A DNA stretch of 64,000 nt from Hyphochytrium catenoides (taxonomy: Eukaryota; Protista; Hyphochytriomycota). Below the pieces are notes generated by a model. That model saw only the letters and a program-made list of their open reading frames with translations. It was not told the origin of the DNA and searched no databases. Location of the stretch: assembly GCA_900088475.1 (NCBI GenBank), contig FLMG01002209.1, positions 2,176 to 66,175 on the forward strand, read 5' to 3'. The stretch's first letter is position 1. Every line of letters starts with the position of its first letter. Of the stretch, positions 11,705 to 22,539 are shown piece after piece. Both the position numbers and the translations under genes were made by a program.

Positions 11705-14700
11705 AGATAGATTCATCCCTTTGCGAATAGACAGAAAGAGAAGCAGAGCAGGGAGAGGAACAAGGACATTCGCAACTGAGGAAGAAAAGACTAGGAAAGA
11801 AGTGAAGAGAGAAGAAGCGAGAGTGATATGAAACCCGCTCTTCTCGTCATCCCAATGAAGAGCGTAAGACCGGTTTCCTTCTTTGCTGTCACCCTCCATG
11901 GCCAAAGCCTTGACTCTTCGCGTCCTTACATATTTCTATATCTATGACTTCTAATATGCCCTGGCGCGCCTCGCCATGCTGATGACTGATGGGTTGCTAG
12001 GCAGTAACATAATGTATGGAAGTAGCTTGGCAGGCTTGTTCAGTCCTTTTCCGCTGAACCCTCTCCGACACGCTTTCCACTATTTCTAAGTCTCTCTGTT
12101 TTTTCTTTATTTCTCTGGCTCTCTCTCTCTAACTTCCTCTGTCTCTCTTTCTCCCTTTTCTCTCTCATTGTACGCTGTTATCCTCTCCTTCTCTTCTGTG
12201 CTCTCTCTCTCTAAACTTCTCTCCTCACTCTATTGCTCAACTAGCTCTCTTTCCCTCTCTCTCTCCCTCCTCCCTTCTCTCCCTCCCTCCTTCTCCCCAC
12301 TTTTATTCTTCGCTCTCCTCTGGTCTTCCGCAATTAGACAGCTAGCATCGAGTGCTCTTGTTGTCGTCTGACTTCCCACCTAATAGGCCGGGCACGTCTC
12401 TCACCTTCTTTGATGCCTCATGTCTACTTTTCTTCCATCTCTCCGTCTCTTTCGCTCTCCTCTTCCTTCTTTATTCTCTCGTTTGGCATCGCTCTTGATC
12501 TGTCTAACTACCTAGAGGTTTTCTTCTGCTTGGACTACCAGCTTTGGATGGTTGATGTCGCTTACCCTCATAGAATTGACTACTTTATCTGTCAGTGGTG
12601 GCACAAGCAAACAGAAGGGGAGGAGGAAAAGAAGAACTACATTGGAGGACAGAAGACAACGCCAAAAACGAGAGGGTAGAAGCGAGTCAAAAGAGTTAGA
12701 GAGCAAAAGAAGAGAAGGAAATAGATTGCAGTCTTTGGGCACACTTCGCACTGTCATTTCTCTAGATTGTCCCTCTTCTCCTCCTTTTCTCCCCCAGCCT
12801 GCCAATCATCTGCAATCGAGGGTACCCCTGACGCCATCTCTGACGATGTAAAGACTTTTTCAATATATGAAGTCATGGCAGCGGCGTCCGGCCGCAAGAG
12901 GAGAATAAACGCAGGAAGAAGACATCTAAAGAGGCAGTGAAGAACTTCTTCATAATATGCGGCCGATGGCCAGAGTTATCATCTTCGTTGGCCAGCAGGT
13001 GCGCAGAGGCAAGCTCTTTTCTGCTGTAGAGGCCACAGCAGCATTGACGCGTCCTTTTCTGGTCTGCCTTAATGTACACGGCTCATGAAGGTTTTCCTCC
13101 CGTAGGGGCAGCGATATTGCTACCTGGATTTCCTAGTGGAGATCTTCGATAGAATCCTCCAGAAGCACTCTATCTCCTCTGTCTGAGAATTTTTCAGGCG
13201 ACTTCTCCTTCTTCTTCTCACTTTCTTCTCTTATTTGCAACTACAAGCTCACTACCATTTCTGCTCCTCCTTCTCCGCCGCCATAGCCCTCCTTCAACGC
13301 CTTCACTATGGTGCTCTCAAGTTTGTCCGCAGGGCGTGTACGATTGTTCGTGTCGTTGCTATGACGATGGCAATGGGCTTGAAGAGTGTAAAGAACCGTC
13401 GTAGAATACTATTACAAGGGAATGTTTAGCTGTTGCCAAAAGATGAAAAGACCTGCTTTTCTCTTCTCTACGGTGACCCTGGTAGGATCGTCAGGATGGC
13501 CACGAACTCTAACTATTAGCCCTCCCTCGCTCCTCTGTCCTTTAGGGTACGCGCCATCTGTGGGGCGCGTTAAGCAAAGTCTACGCCATCCAGACCGGCT
13601 GCTCTCGACAACTGTCTCCTCGGTCTACCTTTATATACGAGGCGGTCATTTGTTCTCCGCCAGCCCGTGGACAGATGCCAGTCCTGGATAATGGCAGCGA
13701 TAGTCACAAAGCACAGCGCAGTAGTGAGAAATAGCCATCAGCCCGAAGAAGAGACGCAAGTGAAGGTTGAAGCAGAGAGAGTGATGATCGAAGTGACGGG
13801 AGAAAGACAAGAAGACAAGAAGCAGGGACGGCAGTTCTGCTGGCCAGGTCAAGAGAGAGCGGGTAAGGCAACAAAAGATGCAGCAGATAGTGCTAGGCAT
13901 AAGAATTATTAGTGGTGAGGAGAAGAAACAGACAACATGGACTCTCGGCAATTCAGCGGGGTGACGTCTAAAGAGAAGTACGGAGTAGTTCTACCAGGGG
14001 CGAGGCCCGAAGAGAAGCGCTGTTCATGGCGCATTCAAAAGTCCATCCATCTCATAATAAAGCGCAAGGCTGTCAGAGGAAGGAAGGTTCATGGTGCCTA
14101 ATATCTCAGCGAAGGCCTCCACTACTGTTTCACAAGCATCGCTTATAAAGACAGTCTTATCCGTCACTTCTACTACTTCAGGAAGTGAATAAGAAGTCGG
14201 CTTCTTCCTGTACGGAATGATGTCGCAGTCCAAACACGGGGAGCCGATGTGGCCTGTCACCGTGCCGAGGCATCGTCTAAGAAAAGGGCTTCACGGACGT
14301 CAACCGTAATGAAGAGAGTGGAACATCTTTAGAAAGGACAAGAACCAGGACGGGTGGAGACGGAAAGGCTGACCAGGTGGTGAGATGAACAGGATAACAG
14401 GAAATGGTTCATTACTATTGAAGAAAAGCACTTTGCCTTCGTACTTATGCGTTGGCCTTCCTTGGACATGTGGATGAGAAAGGCGCCCAGCAAGCTGAAG
14501 AGACAGAGCGCGGTGAAAAATAACCAGTAGCGAGTGCTTTCCGACTCTGTGCATCATCAAGTTTTAGTTTGGCGAGGCGTGTGTGGGGATCAAAGTACGA
14601 GAGAAGAGGGAAAGAGATGAGGAGCACTAAAGACAGACAAGCAGTGGAATGCTGCTGGTGACCGCAGGGTCTTAAGCTCAACGGACCTCTTGCAGCTTTC

Positions 14701-15138
14701 AAACAGACCTTCNNNNNNNNNNNNNNNNNNNNNNNNNNNNNNNNNNNNNNNNNNNNCCTCCTTCTTTCTCTTCTTCTGCCTCATCTCTCGTTTCCTTCTG
14801 TTTGCCATGTTCTCTTCAACAACAAAGCCAGAACTACATTTAATTGCCTTTAAACCACCGTCCTTCATGGTCTGACCTTGTACTCTCTCCTCCTCCCGCC
14901 AGAAATCTCTCTCACTCTCATCGTCTCATTGTCGATATTTCCTTGTTGAATCTAACCCACGGAGTATTCGGCTCCGCTCGACAGACGGTACGCAGTCCTA
15001 ATACGCTCTCTCTCTCCCTAAAGTCCTGTGAGCGCCTGGAAAGAGCTGAGACTTCTTTGGTAAAGCTGGGCACACCGGGACGGGATCACTGCAAAGGAAT
15101 AATAGTTCTTGCTTGAAAACGACCATCAGTAGATAAGC

Positions 15139-16413
15139 ATGGGGTTACAACCACTCTCTTTGGTCGTCCTTCTCCTCATCATCGGAAACTTTGCGAGAAT
15201 GCCAGAAGCGGGGATGGCGCCAATGGTTAGCTCTTTGTCAGACGAAGAAGACAGTTCCAAGTCCCCCTCTCAGCGACTTCTGTCACTGTCGTCCTCAGCA
15301 CCGCAAAGACTACGAAAGGGCGAAGATGACGCCCCTCCTTCTCGGAGCTCTCGTCTTCTTAGTTCAAAGGACGGATCCTCTGTGACACAAAATTCATCCA
15401 GGTCGCGCTCCCTGCAACAAAGCAGCGCTCAAGCGACTGCCATTGCTCATGGCAACGGCGAAGCCAGGGCCTCCGCCAATGCTCAGGCCGCTAGCTGGCC
15501 TCAGATTCCGCCATTTGTTCCTGCTTCTTCCATACCTTCGACTCCGCAGCTCGGCCGTCAACAACCCCAACCACCACCGCCTTCTCTCTTCCCTTCCATC
15601 CCACCGGTCTCCAACGAGGAATACTTTCCCATTGGACAAGGCGTGTGTGACTATCGTCAACCACCTGTCATGTTCTACCCTGAGCGAGGAACTTACTGGT
15701 ACCCGAGAAGGACAGATAAGCGATATCGTCAGGTGGAAGTGAAAGGAGGGCGGATGTTCGCACTTGATGAGACAGGGAGTGCACTGTTCTTCTATGACTA
15801 TGCGAACCCGCAGTCTCCTTCCTCCTTGGTTAGCCAGGACGTCTCCTCCATCTCTTTTGACGGAAGGGTGATCTGCATTGTGCAGGCCGCGTATCAGCGC
15901 GTCCTCTGCTTGGATGTCGATAACCCTGGGTCTGGATGGCAAAATCCGATTCAACAAGGCGGCCCGCTACTGAAGCGGGTCATTGTCCGCTCTCCTAGGA
16001 TATGCGGCGTGGCGATTGACGGTATAGCTCACTGTGCTGATAACTATCAGGCACCTTACTGGCGGAGAATGCCTGGCGTGTACGGGGACGTCATAACGTT
16101 TGACGGCGTGATGCTCTGCGGAAATGGCATTAACACACGAGACCTCTGGTGCCAAAATTGTGTCAGTCAAGCTGAGCTCGTGCGTGCCAATGTCGGAAAT
16201 GTGCTGCAGGTGGACGCAGCAGACGCAGGGCAGCTATTTATTGTTGAGATGAACCTGGGAAATCTCTTCTATCTGCATCCCAAGTCGTACACTAATCGCG
16301 GCTATTGGCAGCGGGTGGAGGCCCCACCGCTTGTTGACGTTTCCTTCGGAGGCTATGAACTCTGTGGCATATTGAGAGCCGATGGAACTATCTGGTGCAC
16401 GGCTAAGAGATGA
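15139..16413 (+). CDS. Secreted tectonin/fish-egg-lectin-like beta-propeller protein
   Basis: Intronless 424-aa ORF. N-terminal signal peptide LSLVVLLLIIG and a Ser/Pro-rich linker with RLLS, QRLR-KGEDD, RLLS and RSLQ. About six ~38-aa repeats of the form W..x..V/IS-FDG..LCG....G.IWC follow (e.g. WRRMPGVYGDVITFDGVMLCG...LWC; WQRVEAPPLVDVSFGGYELCG...GTIWC). Confidence 0.78.
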   Translation: MGLQPLSLVVLLLIIGNFARMPEAGMAPMVSSLSDEEDSSKSPSQRLLSLSSSAPQRLRKGEDDAPPSRSSRLLSSKDGSSVTQNSSRSRSLQQSSAQATAIAHGNGEARASANAQAASWPQIPPFVPASSIPSTPQLGRQQPQPPPPSLFPSIPPVSNEEYFPIGQGVCDYRQPPVMFYPERGTYWYPRRTDKRYRQVEVKGGRMFALDETGSALFFYDYANPQSPSSLVSQDVSSISFDGRVICIVQAAYQRVLCLDVDNPGSGWQNPIQQGGPLLKRVIVRSPRICGVAIDGIAHCADNYQAPYWRRMPGVYGDVITFDGVMLCGNGINTRDLWCQNCVSQAELVRANVGNVLQVDAADAGQLFIVEMNLGNLFYLHPKSYTNRGYWQRVEAPPLVDVSFGGYELCGILRADGTIWCTAKR

Positions 16414-18142
16414 GAGAAGGTCTTCTTACTAGACAGGTTACCTTTGGCGCCAAGAAAGGAGATGCCATTATGATATAAATATATATAAGTTATTTGAGCA
16501 TCGATCGGACTGGTTTAGCACGAGCATCTCTTTCCATGGTCAAACATAGAGGAGAGAGCATGCGGGACAATGAAGATAAGTGACAGAAGAAGCTAGCAAT
16601 TAGAGGAGCAACCTACATAGATAACATGATCAAAGAAGCAGCCGAATAGTGGCATAGCTTGCAAACCCAGAAGAATAGAGCGCCTATGGATCGTTGCTCT
16701 GTGTGTTGCTATGCTAATCATGGAAAGCAGTGTCCGTGCAGCGTTTGTTCTATAGTAATGCGCAAGAACTTACCCCGTCGTTGAGAAGGTCTCCATCGTG
16801 GCGAGTAGACTGTTGGTAGCTTCTGACGGCTGTGCTCACCGAACATTCTGCTGCGAGTCACATGATGAAGGGGAAGAACCAAGAAAGAACGTACGATAGG
16901 GAAGACGTAGGGAGAGAGAAGAGGTTTCCATTAGAGGTGTTGGACTCGAGCAATGTCTCTATAAACTCATTGTTCTGCACCAGGTGACACCACCTTGATG
17001 ATAAGACTGGCCCTTCTTCCGCCAGCCTCGCTGCTATAGGAAGAAAAAGTAAGTCATATTATGTTTGAGCTATGGCTTCACGAATCTCTTTATTGCTCGA
17101 CTCTCCCACTGTTCTTCCGTACGGCATGGCTCCACACACTAACTCATCATCTCAGTCGTAAGGAGGCGGCAGCAGACGGCTTGCGTGACAGAAACCACCA
17201 TACTCAAGAGACCGACAGAGCACAATGCTCTTCCATAATTCAAGCACGACGACCCTTGCTTTGACTAATGACTAGGAAAAGCGCTCGCTGGTATGGCTAC
17301 ATCTATAAGACACACAAACAAGACGATGAGTTGTTGGTGCCACTCTTCACTCTCTAGTAACAAAGGTTCAGTGTGATCCCTCTTCCCTTGCTGCTCCTCG
17401 GCATTGTCGCGGTTTGGTCTCCGCTAACAATGGCTTTATTACGCCTTCATACCAGACACTCGTTGGCGATGATGATGGGAAAGATTGCGTCTTAGACCAT
17501 GAAGCGTATTCCTCTTATTACCGCCGTCGGACCCTCCGCTTGCTTGCCTGGTCGAGACTGATTATGGGTCCTGGGGCCTTCTTCTCTAAGATAATCATCA
17601 TGGCGGAGGAAAAAGGGTTTGCAAGGGACCAAGAGTTTCGCAGCTTTGTGAGCAGCCTCCTGCTCTTCCTTCTTCTTCCTGTCTTCTCTTCTAGATGATG
17701 ATGGTGATCGATCTGGAAGTCGCTCATCATCATGCAACTACAGGTAAGAGATTAGAGCCAGCCTCAGCTTCCCTGTCCGTCAGCGGCTTCACCTACCGTT
17801 AGAGTCTTTCTCTTCGTAGATTGAGCTGCATGATCACCGCTAACGGCGAGAGGGATAGGGCTGGCGCTGGCCAAGTTGTAGAGCATGCCAGCCATCAAGC
17901 CACAGATAATGAACGATGAGGACAAGAATCCTGAAAACAAGGAAAGAGATGGCATGCTATCAGAACAAAGTGCCAGTCCTTGGGGAGGAGTCCCTCTTCT
18001 GCAAAGGACAGACTTCCGAGGAAGAGCTCATCACGTTCACCATCATAGACTGAGCGTCTGCCATGGCATGACCAACAGTTCTTTCCACTGTCCGCCTGCA
18101 TTGCAGAAGGCCCCTCCCTCGGAACCTCAAGCAATTGACAGG

Positions 18143-19603
18143 ATGGACCTTCAGGAAGAGTTGAAAGTCCTGAAGAGGCTCATATACAAGAACAAGAACC
18201 AGCATAGGCGTTGCTTATACTTTCGACGCTTGAAAGAGGTCTGCAAGCGGCTTGACGCTGTTAATCTGCTGGGACTCCTTGACTTGGGAAGGGCATCCTT
18301 GGAGCTATGCAGGAAGCAGCAGAATCCACAAGTTGCGAAAAGAATGGCCATTGACATTGAGGTCTTGCTGCTGCAGCTTGGAGACGCGGGGGCAGCTTTA
18401 CATAAGGTGAAGTCTACGTGATCATCTCTACTTCATGCTGCTTGACGAATGACAATCTGACCTGTGTGTGTCCCCTTGCTGCCATTACAGGCCAAACGAG
18501 CGATTGAACTGGCCTATCTATATCCTTCTCAACCAGTCGTACAGCTCTGTGTAATACTTCGCTGCTCTCTATCGTCCTTATAGTCTCCATCATGTTGCTT
18601 TCATACCTTCCATGTTCTCTAATCAAAGCTCCCTTGTTCCTTTCGGTATTGAATGATGATGGAGTCCCTTAACTCTATGGCCCCACAGATCTCCTGACAG
18701 AGTTCTCGCTAGGGTACTTCGTACCGTTTGCTTTAGCCTCCATGAGCATCCTCTCTCGGCTATATGCAGTCACACGACCCCAGCTGGAGCTCATCAATAG
18801 CTCCTCCGCATCTCTTCAGACACTACACTTTCGGCTTGCTGCGACATTTGGCATTTGCATCGCCCCAGATTCACCCTCTCGCCGTCCTCTGGCCTTGGCT
18901 GAAGGTTTCACAGGGCTGCTGGTACCCTCAGCCCCAAAAGATGAGGCTCGACAGCACCTTCAACGAGGTAAAGAGATTCTAATGTCACTATTATCATTCA
19001 ACGTATCCGCTTAAAGCTGCTTCCGCTTCAAAGCTATAAGATCCCACCTGGCTGCCAAATGTAGCTGTTGCTGGTTCTTCTTCTCTCCTTACGTGCCTTC
19101 GTTCATGCTTGATGTTGATCTTGTCCTGGTAGTTCAGACGACTCTTACTAATCTGATATCACCCCGCTCCCGCCGAGTATCTTATGCCCTTCTTCTCTCT
19201 TACCACAGCTAAGCCTAGCAGTCGACATCCCCCTATCTCTGAGGACGAGGGACAAAATACTAAGAAAGCAAAGACTCAGATTGCTGGAGCCCAATCAGCA
19301 TTGCCTTGCCAAATTTCTATCTCGGCCCCGATCCGTTCGGTTAGTCCCAGCTCTAGTAGAGATCAGCCAACTCATCTTACGGTGGCTTTGAATGCCGCTT
19401 CGGATAAAGTCTCCCTGGAGTTGTGCTCGCGGCAAAGGTCTAAGCGAGAACTGGAAGTGGCAGAGCCTATATCCGGCGCTCCGGTCCAGAGAGGAGCTGC
19501 TGTTCCAAAAGGTGGAGCTACTCGCCCGACCGCGGCAAAGCAGCCGGATGCGGCTGACAAAGCTAAAGCAGATATTGAAGATATCTTTGCAAAGCTCTTC
19601 TAA
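18143..19603 (+). CDS. NEPRO: NEPRO/RMP1-like RNase MRP protein subunit (DUF4477); exons 18143-18406, 18491-18519, 18687-18967, 19209-19603
   Basis: Family motif LKRLIYKNKNQHRR.LYFRRL, the middle block GYFVPFALASMSILSRL and the C-terminal DIEDIF. Exons join in frame using two GT-AG introns and one AT-AC intron. The start could lie further upstream in the same ORF (17885). Confidence 0.8.
18520..18686 (+). other. U12-type (minor spliceosome) AT-AC intron, 167 nt
   Basis: 5' splice site ATATCCTT at 18520, branch site TCCCTTAAC at 18665-18673, 3' splice site CAC ending 18686 about 14 nt after the branch A. Removal restores the frame ...ELAY-L-DLLTEFSLGYF. Confidence 0.9.
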
Positions 19604-22539
19604 GAAGGCTCGACAAGGCCCGACTATTTATTCTTCTTCATTTATTACGGCGGAGGTATCCTATCCCTGCAATAGCGAAAGCTAGTCAACGGAGCAACGG
19701 CTCAGCATTGGTTCTCAATATATCAACTTTGACTGTTCACAGTCCATTCTTCGTACGCAAGAAGACATCCTCCGGCGTTCTGAATATCGTCACTGACCCG
19801 GCATAATGGTTAAGTACCTGAAGGCGGATCACCACATCACTGGCCGCAGCACTTTCTCTTGAGAGGTGATGGACAGCGTTGGTCACTTCCTAACCCCAGT
19901 CCGGGACGGACTCCTTTGAACCCTGACCAACCAAACCACCTTTGCTTACCCTTGAGCCCCTGGCTGTCCGATATGCTTATCTGTTTCTCTCCATTATTAT
20001 TCTTACATGTGACGGATGGCCTTTGCTACTTGGATTTTTGTTAAACTGTGCGGATGCGTAGCTGTTGGTCAGCTTCCTAGCCTCAGAGCTTCCCTGGGCT
20101 GGTGGTGGGAACGGCCTTCGGGACAGAACGCATTCTTCCAGTACCGTACTCTCAGTGTGGCTACCATATAAAGCGCAAGACTTTCGAACCTTCTTGGTAG
20201 TACCGTCCTTCAGCAGATCTTCCTGTGGGATGGGACGGCTGCTGGTGGTGAGCTGCTGCTGCGACTGTCAGAAAAAGACTGGGCATTATTCGTTCGAGTT
20301 AGTACTCTTAGACTCGTTTAGTAGAGAGGTTGCTTTCTTCCCCAGCCGGGCGATGAGACTGCACTTCTATCTTCTGCTGTGGACGGTTGATCCCCATCCT
20401 CCCGCTTCTCCCTTTCATACACCTCTATACTTTCAATCCTCTACTCGCCTCTGAGCGCCCCAGAAGTTCTTCTGCATTCTCAACGAGAAAGCTTTGGATG
20501 TAGATATTTTTTTATAGAATATCAAGTGCAGCGATTGTACTGAAGATGTAGAAAGTCTCGAGTTGCCAAAAACTGCGCAGAGGAAGATGGATCGACGATC
20601 TTTGCCGTGACATATTCCCCGCGCGTTGATGATGATCCTTGGGAGCATCCTCCGTCTGTACTCCACCGCCTTTCCGTCCATCAGGGATAATAAACGGCGT
20701 GTTACAGGCCACTCTTGTAGTTAATGACGTGAAGCGAGCAACATTACCTCGTTGCAGCAAATATTTTGGAGAAGAGTCAGAGAAGAGATAATGCGCGCCA
20801 TGATGTCCAGGAGTGATCAACATGACAAACATAAGAATAACCTTTTTAAAGGCTAAACATAGCGGGACCATTGAATTTTGAGAAAGTGTTTCCCTTCATT
20901 GATTGATGGTGAACGTGGCTACGGGGCCCGTTAGTCACCATAGTATATCAGCTATTCCCGGCTCGAGCAGCAGGTAGGAGCTGTGAGGGATTGCGACGAC
21001 GGCGGAACGCCAAATCACTGCTGTTCTGCGGGGGAGAACTGCTGACATTGGGAGGTAGAGGTTACGGTTACCCTCGTTCCTTTAGCCGGCACTAGCTCCT
21101 TCTTATCGAGTTTATTAGCGAGTGCGCCATCCTCCATCTCTCCTATCTTACCTGCTGCAGGCGGTTGACTTGAGTCAAGGCAGGCGGATGATGATGGAGA
21201 AGAAGTTTCTGACCGACCGAAAGGGAAGGGCTCGCAGACGGTCCTTAGGCGTTTCCACCATGTAAAGAAGCGAGTTGTTCTTTTCCCTCCTTCACTTGGA
21301 GGTCTGGGAATGATGGTTGCTTCGCTTTCTTCTATGTCTTCCTAATGCACTAGTACACTTACTGATCATGGCCACAACCCGCCTTCCTCCTTTTATCCTG
21401 TGGCCATGTCCTTGTCCGCCGTCTTTCTCATGGCTTTGGCTGTTTCTCTGTGGAGGTTCGCATGACCAACGCACCAGACCAGGGAGGCAAAACTGCAAAG
21501 GTGGCAAAAAGGCGTTGTTGTTGTTCCACGTAGTGCGTAACAGCTGTGTTTGACCTGTATACTGTATACAGTGACCTGTTATTAGGTATAAGGCCAAACG
21601 GAGGATAGTTATCAAGAATATGACTCTCCACCCTTTGGTGGCTGTACAGGAGGAGGTAGTGGGCCTGTTATTGCGGAACAAAGCTGACAGAGATCCAGAC
21701 GGCCAGACTTTTTGCCTAGAACAATCCTCTTACACAACTCTTCCTTCAAGCACAACAACTTCTCAAAAGCAGTGTGCCTTTTGTCTGTACTTACATTATT
21801 GCCTTCCCTGCCAAACTCAACATCCGAAAGATGCCCAAACTCACACAGCCATTAAACTCACACAGTCGGTTGTGTAGCGAAGGGGGGGCGAGAGCTCCAG
21901 TGCCCCTGACATGACACCACCTCTCTGTCTCTCTCTCTCTCTCCCTTTTTTGCCCTTTCCCCAGTCAAATCAGTGAGTTTGGCTCAGAGAGGCTAAGATC
22001 CGCGGTAGATTTGAAAAGTGGGGGCTTGCCCGCGAACCATCCCCTGTTTAGACAATGGGCAACGGTGCCTATGCCTACCTGTACCAGGAGGAGCCATTAA
22101 TGAGAGCCCAGGGGACAGCACGTTGAAGAGCAGCTCAAGCCTATTCCTTTCTGTCGGTTGGCACTCAGCTGACGGGAAGCTGCGAAGCCTTCGGGGTCAC
22201 ACGGCTGGCTTCGGCTCTCCCGCTATCGCTTATATAAGCCTGTGGTGGTAGAGGCCTCATAGCCAGGCCAGGCCAGGGTAAGAAGGAGGAGCTCAGGCAA
22301 GGAAGGTTCATTCGAGGCCTGTTCTCTCCTCCTTGCATCAAGCGCACAAGAATCTCGTCTCACTTGCATCAGGGCAAGTAGTGGTGCAGCTCTGGCATCC
22401 AGAACGCAGATTCTCTGGGGCTAGGCCTAAAGCCTTCATGAGGTGCTGATTATTTATGCGCAATGAAGTGAGAAAACGTGGCCGCAGTGAGACGAATTGG
22501 GAGTCACTGGCCTTGTAAGACGTAGGTAGGAGCTGCAGC

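Noticed and set aside
14024-14560. Two same-frame minus-strand ORFs separated by TGA stops (pseudogene or TGA recoding?)
   Set aside because: No recognisable family. Conserved genes in the window have no internal TGA and TRAPPC4 ends in TGA, so recoding is unsupported.
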